Below, one piece after another: positions 10,896 to 20,398 of a stretch of 64,000 nt of DNA. Positions within the stretch are counted from its first letter, which is position 1. Every line of letters begins with the position of its first letter. The stretch comes from an uncultured delta proteobacterium (GTDB taxonomy: Bacteria > Desulfobacterota > Desulfobacteria > Desulfobacterales > Desulfatirhabdiaceae). The stretch covers positions 32,001 through 96,000 of the forward strand of contig CAWBKP010000020.1 in assembly GCA_963789395.1 (NCBI GenBank). Direction: 5' to 3'. Below the pieces are notes generated by a model. The model did no database searches. It saw nothing but the letters and a program-made list of their open reading frames with translations, and was not told the DNA's origin. The position numbers were made by a program, and so were the translations under genes.

Positions 10896-12716
10896 ATGAC
10901 CCTATTGCCGCAGCATAGCCTGACATCCCCCGATGATATCCTGAAAGCGTTGCTGGCCAAAGGGGCTATCTCCGAGAATAATGCCAGGGAAATACGCCGG
11001 CATTATGATAACCTCCTGCATAAACTTGAGAAAAAACGGTCCTTGTCCGCCAAGGGAAGCCCGCAGAAAGACAGCGCGCCCCTGACCGCTATCGATGTGC
11101 TGGCCTCCTTGAACCTTACCCGCGCGGATTCTCCTTCCCGCCTTCTGGATGAAGATACCCTGTGCCGGATTATGGCCGCCGAGTGGCGGATTCCCTATCG
11201 AAAAATCGACCCCTTAAAACTGGATTTAAATCAGGTGACAACGACCATTCCCCTGTCGTTTGCTTTCAAAAACCTGATGCTGCCGCTCTCCATACAGAAC
11301 AATACCCTGACGGTCGCAATGGCCAATCCCTTTGATCATGAAGCCGTCAATGATATTGCCCGTGCCAGCCAGATGAAGGTGGAGGTGGTTTTCAGCTCCC
11401 GGTCGGATATCATCAAGTACATCAGTGAATTTTACGGATTCAGACATTTCATTTCGGAAGCCGAAAACCGTTTTGGCGATGCCGGTGTTGATCTGAGCAA
11501 TCTGGAGCAGTATGTCCGGTTGAAATCCTCGGACGAAGTCCCATCCAATGATCAGCATATTATCAATGCCGTTAATCACCTGTTCACCTATGCGATGGAT
11601 CAGCGGGCAAGCGATATTCACATCGAACCCAAACGGGAAGTCAGCCTGGTCCGGATGCGGATAGATGGTCTGCTTCACACCATTTACCGGCTTCCCCGGA
11701 ATGTGCATCCGGCGATAGTCAGCCGCATAAAAAACCTCTCCCGCATGGATATGTCCGAGAAGCGGCGGCCCCAGGACGGCAGAATCAAGACCAACAAGGC
11801 AGGGGTTGAGGTTGAAATCCGGATTTCAACGATTCCGGTTGCTTTCGGCGAAAAAGTGGTCATGCGCGTGATGGATCCGGACATTCTGTTTCAGGATCTG
11901 GATAAACTGGGGTTCAGCGCGACGGATTTGATCCGCTACAACCATTTTATCAAGCTGCCGCACGGGATTGTGCTGGTCTGCGGCCCCACGGGAAGCGGCA
12001 AATCCACGACGCTCTATTCCACCCTCAAGGAACTGTCTTCTCCCACCATCAACATTACCACCATCGAAGACCCCATAGAAATGGTGCATGAGGATTTCAA
12101 CCAGATTGCGGTGCAGCCTGCGATCGGGATCACGTTTGCAACGATTTTACGCAATATCCTGAGGCAGGACCCGGACATCATCATGGTCGGAGAGATGCGG
12201 GATCTTGAAACCGCCCAGAATGCCATTCAGGCAGCGCTTACCGGGCATCTGGTCCTTTCTACCATTCACACCAACGATGCGCCATCGACCGTTATCCGGC
12301 TGCTGGATCTTGGCGTGCCGGCGTTTCTGATTCAGGCAACGCTGGTGGGAATACTGTCCCAGCGGCTGGTTCGAAAAATATGCCCCCACTGTAAGGAAGC
12401 CTTTGACATGGAGGCGGCAGAGCTGCTGCAAATGGGTCTTGCCACCCACCGGACCGGAGCCGTCCGGTTGTTTCGCGGAAAGGGCTGTGATCGCTGCAGG
12501 GGAACCGGTTATCATGGAAGGGGCGCCATTTATGAGGTTCTGGCGTATTCCGAGGCGATGAAACGTCTGACAACCAGCCATGTGGATCTGGATGTCCTGA
12601 GGCATGAAGCCATTTCACAGGGCATGATCTCCCTTCGGGAGAACGCCGTCATAAAGCTTCTGGGAGGTGAAACCACCTATCAGGAAGTCCTGAGGGTCAC
12701 CTGGGAGCAGATGTGA
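10896..12716 (+). CDS. GspE/PulE/PilB-family secretion/pilus ATPase
   Basis: ASDIHIEP, Walker A GPTGSGKSTT, TIEDPIE, LRQDPDIIMVGEMRD, GHLVLSTIHTN, and a CPHC...CDRC zinc motif. Confidence 0.92.
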   Translation: MTLLPQHSLTSPDDILKALLAKGAISENNAREIRRHYDNLLHKLEKKRSLSAKGSPQKDSAPLTAIDVLASLNLTRADSPSRLLDEDTLCRIMAAEWRIPYRKIDPLKLDLNQVTTTIPLSFAFKNLMLPLSIQNNTLTVAMANPFDHEAVNDIARASQMKVEVVFSSRSDIIKYISEFYGFRHFISEAENRFGDAGVDLSNLEQYVRLKSSDEVPSNDQHIINAVNHLFTYAMDQRASDIHIEPKREVSLVRMRIDGLLHTIYRLPRNVHPAIVSRIKNLSRMDMSEKRRPQDGRIKTNKAGVEVEIRISTIPVAFGEKVVMRVMDPDILFQDLDKLGFSATDLIRYNHFIKLPHGIVLVCGPTGSGKSTTLYSTLKELSSPTINITTIEDPIEMVHEDFNQIAVQPAIGITFATILRNILRQDPDIIMVGEMRDLETAQNAIQAALTGHLVLSTIHTNDAPSTVIRLLDLGVPAFLIQATLVGILSQRLVRKICPHCKEAFDMEAAELLQMGLATHRTGAVRLFRGKGCDRCRGTGYHGRGAIYEVLAYSEAMKRLTTSHVDLDVLRHEAISQGMISLRENAVIKLLGGETTYQEVLRVTWEQM

Positions 12717-12732
12717 TATCGGCACTGAATGT

Positions 12733-15700
12733 TCAGGGGCCAATCGCCATGCGATCAAATTCCGCATGGTAATCGGGAACCTGCGGCAGCGGATCTTTCT
12801 TGTCCTGCAGGGATTTCAGGAGGCGCTCCGGCGTAGACAGCATGCGTTCTATATATCCAAGTGCGCTTTTGTCCATGTTTTTTAAGGGGACATTTTCTAT
12901 CCGCGGGTGTGACAGCGAACCCGTAACTTCCAGTGAATACTCGATAAGGGAGTTGTTGTTTCCCGTTAGAATGTTTCCGATCAACGGGATCCTGCTGACA
13001 ATGCTGTCCATTATTTTCAGGGGCTGAAGTCCGATCCGCATCTGGATACGATTGCTGTTCAGGTCGATAGTTCCGGCTCCCGAAGCGTTTATCGCAGGGC
13101 TTAGAAACACCAGATTCCGCACCAGAATCTTTCCTTTGTCGATTTCAATCTCTCCATCGATCCGGTCAAAATACAGCCGTCCGTTCTGGAAACCCGGGGA
13201 GCCCGGCTTGAAAATTTGATCCAGGCTGATCAAGGACAACGCATACAGAATCGGATCGGTTTGATGTATCCAGCCTTTTTCCACAAGCAGTCTGGCATGG
13301 CCGTTCAATCCGGAAAATTCGCCGGTGCCGTCCGATTGGTTCAGCGTCAGCACGCCTTCCAATGAAACACTGCCATCCAGCAGATCGGCGCCGGATTTGA
13401 CAAGTTCAAACAGGTTTTGGGCCGGTTCCTGAACAATGTGAATGTGGTTGATCCAGTGCATACCTGCTTCGGAATGGTAAGCCTGACGACCCTTGAACCG
13501 CAGATACCCCTTGCCCACGTCGATTTTGGCAGGATCAAGGGTGACACCGGCGTCATCCAGCATACCTTCCGCAACCAGCGGCCCGTAAATCCATTTGCCA
13601 ACCGACGCATGCGGCAGCGCCAATGCGATCAGTTCCCCTACATCCGCCCGGGTGGCGGATCTTGCGGACAGATGCCGCATGTTGCCGTCGATGGAGCCGG
13701 TGGTCTGAAATTGGGATTTTCCCCAGAGGCCGCGGCCGGAAAACTGGAATGACTGATCGGATTTTGAGTCGATTGTGGCGTTTTCAATCGTCAACGGCAG
13801 TCGCAAAAGCGGGTGAGTCACCTGGATGGATTGCATCGATATGGCGCTGGCGGTAATTTTTGGAAAAGGCCGCCCGGTTTCATACTCCGCTGAAATATGG
13901 ACGGTTGCGGTGCCGTCAATCGCCTGTAATTCCTGGAGTTGTTGTTGAACATCAACGGGGAGCCACGGCAGGGTTTTAAGATGATTCACATCCGATACGG
14001 CAAGGTTTGCGTCTGTCTTGATCAGATAGCGCAGTGCGGTCCGCATAGGTATCGGGGATGGTGATGGATGCATTTTGAAAAGAAGACTGCCAAAGGCGGC
14101 CGGAAAGGCCTTCCAGTGAAAACATGCCGCCCTTCAGGTTCAAGGTGCAGGAAACATCGCGAATCTCCGGAGCGTTTCTGACGGGGTGCTGGAACACCAG
14201 GTTGCGTAAGGTCAAATTTCAGACCCAGAACGCTTGCATGTTCCGGTTGATTCAGGGTTTGGATCTCTTGCAGATTGCCCCTTAACGAAAACGAATCCAC
14301 CCGGATGTCGCCTTGCCGGATCGCTGGAAGCAGTGCATGGCTGATCCACCCGGGAAGCAGCGGCGTCGGCAGCAGGGTTTTGAAGGTGTCGATTGTCATA
14401 AACGGGGCTGGTAACGGTCAGATCCAGATAGGGGGATGCAGTGGGGTTGAGCTGAATATGGCCATTTGCTGACAGAGACGTCTCGGGAGTGATGATTTTC
14501 AAGGAGGAAATCTGCAGCCGCCGCGTGTTCAGGGTGTAATCGCCCTGACATATGGCCTGAACACGCGGGTTAGATACCCCATCACCTGAATGCTGCCGGC
14601 AGCAGCCCCGATTCAATCAGTTCCCTGACATCCGCCTGAAAAGCTCGCCCTTGCGGAAACGCTTACCCGTTTGCTGCCGGCCGCGCCCTGAATCTCAAAA
14701 TCGGTCTTTCCCCAGAGGCCGCGGCCGGAAAATTTCAGCGGTTGACCGGCCGCAGATTCGATTGAAGCGGTTTCAATCGTCAGCGGCAGCCGCAAGAAGG
14801 GGTGGGTCACCTGGACGGATTGCATCGAAACGGTGCCTGGTGATGATTTCCGGAAAATGCCTGGCCGGTTTCATATGCTGCTGAAATATGGATGGTTGCG
14901 GTGCCGTCAATCACCTGCAATCCCTGGAGTTTCTGTTGAAGCATCTGCAGGGAGCCACGGCAGGGTTTTAAGATGATTCACATCCGATACGGTAAGGCTT
15001 GCGTCGGTCTCGATCAGATATTGCAGGCGGTCCGCATAGGTATCGGGAATGGTGATGGACGCATTTTGAAAAGAAGACTGCCAAAGGTTTCCGGAAAGGC
15101 CATCCAGTGAAAACACGCCCCCCTCCAGGTTCAATGCGCATGAGACATCCCGAATCTCCGGAGCGTTTTTGACAGGGTGCTGCAACACGATCTTGCGGAA
15201 AGTCAGTTTCAGGCCCAGGACACTTGCATGTTCCGGCTGATTCAGGGTTTGGATCTCTTGAAGATTGCCCCGTAACGAAAACTTATCAATTCGGATGTCG
15301 CCTTGCTGAATCGCCGGGAGCAGTTCATGGTCGATCCATTCGGGAAGCAGCGGCGTCGGCAGCAAAGATTTGAGGGTGTCGATTGTCATAAACGGGCTGG
15401 TAACGGACAGATCCAGATAGGGGGATGCCGTGGGGCTGAGCTGAACATGCCCATTTGCCGACAGAGATGTCTCGGGAGTGCTGATTTTCAGGGAGGCAAT
15501 CTGAAGCAGTCGCGTGTTGAGGTCGTATTTGCCCTGAAAATTGACTTGAGGCAGGCTGTAGTCTTTGACGCCATGGGCTCCAGGCAGTTGAAACTTCAGG
15601 TTGTTGGCTTCAATAGACCCTGAAAAAAAGGTTCCGGCGTCTGAAAGAAAAAAATCAAATAGATTCGGAATCAGGTTAAGCTCAGATGCGGACAGCAACA

Positions 15701-15932
15701 CCTTTCCCTGCTTGGTTCCGACCTGAATGTCCTGAACATGGATGCCGGGGAATATTCCGATGTGCAACCGGATCTTTCCGGTTTTCAGATCATAGCCGAT
15801 TTCCTGTGAAACGCGATCGAGTCCGTAGCGCTGCACCGAAGGGCTGAGGATCAACAGATATAAAACAATCCCGCAACAGAGAACGGCCAGAAAAAGCCCC
15901 AGGACAAAGCGTCTGATGGTTCGAAATGCCAT
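12733..15932 (-). CDS. AsmA-like/YhdP-type (repeating beta-groove) envelope protein, several indels
   Basis: N-terminal TM anchor (MAFRTIRRFVLGLFLAVLCCGIVLYLLI), a long beta-rich body, and an AsmA_2-like C-terminus (LYFDRIDGEIEIDKG...INASGAGTIDL...IVSRIPLIGNIL...VTGSLSHPRI). Confidence 0.8.
13620..15540. repeat. Intragenic tandem duplication with ~990-bp period
   Basis: Matching blocks at a constant ~990-bp offset: CCCCAGAGGCCGCGGCCGGAAAA (~13720/~14710), GAGCCACGGCAGGGTTTTAAGATGATTCACATCCGATACGG (~13960/~14951), GTGTCGATTGTCATAAACGGG (~14386/~15376). Confidence 0.9.
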
Positions 15933-16225
15933 ATCACACCTGTAGTGAAACAACGGATTGCCCGATTGTCCGGGCTTGAGACATAGCCATAATGATGTCT
16001 CATGATACAAAAGTGTATCTAAGGTTGATGAGGGACAGAGCGAAATTGCATGTTTAACATGAAATTATAATAAGATAAGTTTTATCAGCGGCTGAATAAC
16101 GATTTCCGTTTTGTATCATCCGGATACAGCCGGATCAGCCCCGCTTTTTGAATAACATAATTATGTATTTTATAACCATTTGTATATATTAATAATAAAA
16201 TATTATTCAAGAGAATGTTAGTCTG

Positions 16226-16241
16226 TGGCACGGAAATTGAT
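16226..16241 (+). promoter_or_regulatory. Candidate sigma54 promoter upstream of the rubrerythrin cluster
   Basis: TGGCACGGAAATTGAT: perfect -24 box TGGCACG, but the -12 box is TTGA rather than TTGC. Preceded by a very AT-rich tract (~16150-16210). Confidence 0.5.
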
Positions 16242-16305
16242 TGATATAAATAAGATTGCAGCAGATGAATCTGACAACCTTATCCTAAGAAAGAAAGCCA
16301 TTGCC

Positions 16306-16515
16306 GTGAAGCCTTGCGATACCAACATTAACCGGACGCTCAAACTCGTGGACGAGATGATAGCACTTGCAGATCAGGGTGATGTGGAGCGAGAGGACGT
16401 CGGTTGTGGAATTATGTACGGGATATTGCGGGATGCGGCGTACCGGTTGAAAAAAATTGCGGAGCAGGAAAAAAAAGCGCACCAGCAAAAAGGCTGGTGG
16501 CATGAGTCGCATTAG
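16306..16515 (+). CDS. Small helical hypothetical protein
   Basis: Likely GTG start at 16306 (MKPCDTNI...LADQGDVEREDVGCGIMYGILRDAAYRLK...KGWW). The longer track start at 16225 overlaps the promoter candidate. Confidence 0.65.
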   Translation: MKPCDTNINRTLKLVDEMIALADQGDVEREDVGCGIMYGILRDAAYRLKKIAEQEKKAHQQKGWWHESH

Positions 16516-16662
16516 ACGCAACCCGTCTTTATGATGCATCATGCCCTGAACAGCTTCAATACCATAAACAATTCCTGTCGGCCCCTCCTGAAAAGCGAGG
16601 GAATATTGCAGGGGCCGGCTAAGGGATGAAAGAAAAATATCAACTTCAGAGGAGGAAAATAC

Positions 16663-17238
16663 GTGGCCGGTATCAAAGGAACACAGACTGAAAAAAATTT
16701 GATGAAGGCTTTTGCGGGTGAATCCCAGGCCAGAAATCGCTATACTTATTTTGCCAGCAAAGCCAAAAAAGAAGGCTTTGTTCAGATTTCCGACATTTTT
16801 ACAGAAACCGCCAATCAGGAAAAAGAACACGCCAAACGGTTTTTCAGTTTTCTGGAAGGCGGAATGCTGGAGATAACGGCAAGTTTTCCGGCCGGCGTTG
16901 TGGGAACAACGCTTGAAAATTTGCTGGCAGCGGCGGCAGGAGAACACGAAGAGCATGCGGACCTCTATCCAGGATTCGCAAAAGTTGCCAGAACAGAAGG
17001 GTTTGAAGAGATATCCGACCTTTTTGAAAAAATTTCGGTTGCCGAAAAACAGCATGAAAAGCGATACCGGGATCTGGCCGCCAATGTTCAGGCGGGAAAA
17101 GTATTCAAAAAAGACAAAAAAGTCACGTGGCGGTGCCGCAACTGCGGCTACCTTCATGATGGCGAGGAATCGCCGGATTTGTGTCCGGCCTGTGCACATC
17201 CTCAGGCACATTTTGAGCTTCTGGGAGAAAACTACTAA
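16663..17238 (+). CDS. rbr: Rubrerythrin
   Basis: NLMKAFAGESQARNRY, EKEHAKR, EKQHEKR and C-terminal WRCRNCGY...CPACAHP. Confidence 0.96.
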   Translation: MAGIKGTQTEKNLMKAFAGESQARNRYTYFASKAKKEGFVQISDIFTETANQEKEHAKRFFSFLEGGMLEITASFPAGVVGTTLENLLAAAAGEHEEHADLYPGFAKVARTEGFEEISDLFEKISVAEKQHEKRYRDLAANVQAGKVFKKDKKVTWRCRNCGYLHDGEESPDLCPACAHPQAHFELLGENY

Positions 17239-17322
17239 AATACCCCGGGCTCACCGTGTTCAAAAAAGGGGAAGTCTAACTATCCGTAATTTTATTACAT
17301 TAACTCATTGAAAGGAGATTGT

Positions 17323-17700
17323 ATGACCGAGACACTGCAAGTCTATAAATGTGAAATCTGTGGCAATATCGTTGAAGTCCTGCATGCAGGCGGCGGAGAA
17401 CTTGTCTGCTGCGGGCAGCCCATGAAACTAAGGGTTGAAAATACCGTTGATGCGGCAAAGGAGAAGCATGTTCCGGTGATCGAGAAGATTCCGGGCGGAT
17501 TCAAGGTAAAAGTCGGCAGCGTCGCTCACCCCATGGAAGAAAAACATTTTATTGAATGGGTTGAAATTATTGCGGACGGTAAAGCCTATCGGGAGTATTT
17601 GTGTCCCGGCGGTCAGGTTCCCGAAGCCACATTCATGCTGGAAGCCGCAACCGTTTCTGCAAGAGAGTATTGTAATCTTCACGGTCTCTGGAAGGCATAG
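17323..17700 (+). CDS. dfx: Desulfoferrodoxin (superoxide reductase)
   Basis: [13 protein letters not shown]...[32 protein letters not shown]. Confidence 0.96.
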   Translation: MTETLQVYKCEICGNIVEVLHAGGGELVCCGQPMKLRVENTVDAAKEKHVPVIEKIPGGFKVKVGSVAHPMEEKHFIEWVEIIADGKAYREYLCPGGQVPEATFMLEAATVSAREYCNLHGLWKA

Positions 17701-17797
17701 CGTTTAATAATTATAAGCGGAAAAGCCTGAGGCAACGGACGAGATAATGCATTCTCACTTTCCTTGCCTCAGACCTGACTGCAGATAAGGAGGATAT

Positions 17798-17959
17798 ATG
17801 GCAAGCTGGAAATGTCAAAATTGCGGATACACCTTTACGACGGACGCACCGCCTGAACAGTGTCCGTCCTGTAAGGAAAAATGTGAATTTCTGGATAATT
17901 CCTGCTACACACCGGATTGTGCCGGCGATGGCATGGACAAACGTATCGGTAAAAAATAA
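17798..17959 (+). CDS. 53-aa rubredoxin-like Cys-rich protein (absent from ORF track)
   Basis: AAGGAGG SD; MASWKCQNCGYTFTTDAPPEQCPSCKEKCEFLDNSCYTPDCAGDGMDKRIGKK*, with CxxC...CPxC and three further Cys. Confidence 0.85.
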   Translation: MASWKCQNCGYTFTTDAPPEQCPSCKEKCEFLDNSCYTPDCAGDGMDKRIGKK

Positions 17960-17979
17960 TTTTCGATTGGGAGTTAGTT

Positions 17980-18417
17980 ATGCCAAAAGCACTTATCGTG
18001 TATGCAACTCGCACCGGAGAAACTGAAAACATCGGCAAATTAATTGCCGAAGGGCTGCGCTTTTCCGGAGTTGATGTTGACATAATGAAAGCCGGTGATA
18101 TAAAGAATGCCAGTGAACTGAATGGATATGACGCCCTGGTGTTTGGGGCGCCGACCTATCATGGGGATATGATTCAGGGGATGAAAACCTTTCTGTTTCT
18201 GGCCGAGAAAGCCGCGCTGGAAGGAAAAGTCGGCGGCGCATTCGGCGCATTCGGCTGGAGCGGCGAAGCCCCTGACCGGATTTATGATACCATGACGCAT
18301 ATCTTTAAAATGAAAATGGTTGGAGCGCCGCTGCGCCTTAAATCCAGTTCGCTTGGCGGCGGCATTCAGATGGCCCAGAACTATGGCAAAGACATTGCAA
18401 AACTACTGACAACTTAA
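17980..18417 (+). CDS. Flavodoxin-domain protein
   Basis: LIVYATRTGETE FMN loop, VFGAPTYHG, GAFGAFGWSGEA. Confidence 0.88.
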   Translation: MPKALIVYATRTGETENIGKLIAEGLRFSGVDVDIMKAGDIKNASELNGYDALVFGAPTYHGDMIQGMKTFLFLAEKAALEGKVGGAFGAFGWSGEAPDRIYDTMTHIFKMKMVGAPLRLKSSSLGGGIQMAQNYGKDIAKLLTT

Positions 18418-18428
18418 GGGAGGAATTC

Positions 18429-18617
18429 ATGACAACACCAGCGCATTGTCCAGGTTTTCAACAATTCAAGAGTTTGAAATCGTTTACCTGCAAGTGTCCT
18501 TCATGCTCAAAAGAAGTTGAAATTTTCTCGGATGAATTTGATAAAAAACATGTGTGCAAGTCCTGCGGCAAGGAAATTGATTTTACCCAGTGCACACTTT
18601 CCGGATCGGTGGGCTAA
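18429..18617 (+). CDS. Small Zn-ribbon-like Cys-rich protein
   Basis: GGAGG SD; HCPG...CKCPSCSKEVEIFSDE...CKSCG...C. Confidence 0.75.
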   Translation: MTTPAHCPGFQQFKSLKSFTCKCPSCSKEVEIFSDEFDKKHVCKSCGKEIDFTQCTLSGSVG

Positions 18618-18694
18618 ACCGTGTCTTCATGATCCATCCGGCAGCAAAAAGAGTCTCAAGGCATCCTATCCGGAATAAAAAAGGGGAACACACC

Positions 18695-19037
18695 ATGCGA
18701 AGAGCATATTCTTTTATTTATCTCTACCGCCATGGTATGGACTGCGGGGCTGTCCCTTGCGGAAATCAACAACGGGGCAAAAGAATTGGTGATTCCATGC
18801 GGAAATCAGGGAGACGTGAAATTCCCCCACCAACAGCACCAGGAAGCGCTTAAAGACTGCATGCTCTGCCATGATCTTTTCCCCCAGAAAGCGGGTTCCA
18901 TCCAGGAATTGAAGCAACAAGGAACACTTGCCCAGAAACAGGTCATGAACAAGCTGTGCGTGAAATGTCATAAAGCCAAAAAAGACGCAGGAGAAAAATC
19001 AGGGCCTGTCACGTGCTCCCAATGTCATGCCAAATAA
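18695..19037 (+). CDS. Periplasmic triheme cytochrome c (c3/c7 family); indel in signal peptide
   Basis: Three CxxCH (CMLCH, CVKCH, CSQCH) and GDVKFPHQQH. The ATG at 18695 is one base out of frame with the body. Confidence 0.85.
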
Positions 19038-19166
19038 CCTGGCAGGCTTGGACGGTTTGGTCATGTATATGGCGGTTCACAGGTAGGTTGAGGGGGGATT
19101 CGAACGTCAGATCCAGTTTGAAAACCCCCTGCCTTTTTCAAAAGGGATCACTAAGGAAAGAATATC

Positions 19167-20129
19167 ATGTTTGTACTAGGACTTCAGGGAAGCCCCAGAA
19201 AAAAGGGAAATACCCGGTTTCTGCTTTCGGAATTTCTGGAAGAAGCAAAACGGCTGGGCGCCGAAACGCAGATGATCGAGGTTTGCCAGAAAAAAATAGA
19301 GCCCTGCATGGAATATATTCTCTGCGAAAAAAAAGGGATTTGCCCGATTGATGATGACATGAAGCATGAAATTTATCCGCTGCTCAGAAAGGCCGATGTC
19401 ATTGTTGCCGCCACCCCCATTTTTTTCTACAACACCACCGCGCAGCTCAAGGCGTTGATTGATCGCACCCAGACCCTCTGGGCCCGGAAATACAAACTCC
19501 ACTTAACGGACCCCAACCGGAAATGGCGAAGGGGGTATACCCTGGCAGTGGGCGCAACCCGCGGAAAAAATCTGTTTGAGGGGTTGCATCTGACCATGAA
19601 ATATTTTTATGACGCGGTTGGCGCCGAGTATGTCGGCAGCCTGACCTACCGGGAAATTGAAAAACCCGGAGACATGGAACGGCATGCAACGCTGCCCGCG
19701 GATATCCAAGCCGCGGTCGGATCGCTTCTGGAGCCTTTTCGGGGAAGAAACAAAATACTCTTTGTCTGTGGCGACAATGCCTGTCTCAGTCAGATGGCCG
19801 GCGCATTTGCGCAGATTCTTGCAGGGGACAAGCTGGATGTGCTCAGCGCCGGCAGCCAGCCGGCTGAAAAACTCAATCCCCTCATGGTTCAAGTGATGCA
19901 GGAAAAGGGGATTGATATGGGATTCCGCCAGACGGCATCCATCAATGCGGTGTTGCGAACGGAAAAACCCGAACTGGTTGTTTCAATGGGCACAGACTCC
20001 ATATTGGTGCCGGATGACTTTCCCCGGGAATCCTGGGAGTTTGCAGAGTCTGAAGATCTGGATGGCATGCGTCGTTTAAGAGATGCTATCGAAGCAAAGG
20101 TGGTTGAATTTATAAAGGTTATGGCTTAG
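19167..20129 (+). CDS. Iron-sulfur flavoprotein/NADPH-dependent FMN reductase fused to an ArsC/LMW-PTP-like domain
   Basis: N-terminal GSPRKKGNT, PCMEYILCEKKGIC, ATPIFF, LKALIDR. C-terminal KILFVCGDNACLSQMA...SAGSQPA...NPLMVQVMQEKGID...RRLRDAIE. Confidence 0.85.
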   Translation: MFVLGLQGSPRKKGNTRFLLSEFLEEAKRLGAETQMIEVCQKKIEPCMEYILCEKKGICPIDDDMKHEIYPLLRKADVIVAATPIFFYNTTAQLKALIDRTQTLWARKYKLHLTDPNRKWRRGYTLAVGATRGKNLFEGLHLTMKYFYDAVGAEYVGSLTYREIEKPGDMERHATLPADIQAAVGSLLEPFRGRNKILFVCGDNACLSQMAGAFAQILAGDKLDVLSAGSQPAEKLNPLMVQVMQEKGIDMGFRQTASINAVLRTEKPELVVSMGTDSILVPDDFPRESWEFAESEDLDGMRRLRDAIEAKVVEFIKVMA

Positions 20130-20231
20130 TCCGGAATGCTTTCTGAAATGTCATGTTGAAAGCGAATCGGCATCTGCAGCACAACGCTGCGCGAAACTTA
20201 TTTTTTTATGAAACACCAGGAGGAAGCACGA

Positions 20232-20390
20232 ATGGACAGATATGTATGTACGGTTTGCGGCTATGTGTATGATCCGGCAATAGGTGATCCCGACAGCGGC
20301 GTGAAACCCGGAACCAAATTTGAAGATATTCCTGATGACTGGGAATGCCCGGTGTGCGGGGCAGCCAAATCCGATTTTGAAAAAGAGTAG
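20232..20390 (+). CDS. rub: Rubredoxin
   Basis: [15 protein letters not shown]...[18 protein letters not shown]. Confidence 0.97.
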   Translation: MDRYVCTVCGYVYDPAIGDPDSGVKPGTKFEDIPDDWECPVCGAAKSDFEKE

Positions 20391-20398
20391 GCAAATTT

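Noticed and set aside
16285..17211. Long antisense ORFs (e.g. 308 aa here; also 23880-24869, 36065-37162, 39345-40403)
   Set aside because: These are shadow frames opposite well-supported genes with biased codon usage and show no recognisable motifs.
17702..17716. GTTTAATAATTATAA resembling a Bacillus-type PerR box
   Set aside because: AT-rich matches arise easily, it lies mid-cluster with no clear promoter, and deltaproteobacterial PerR sites need not follow the Bacillus consensus.
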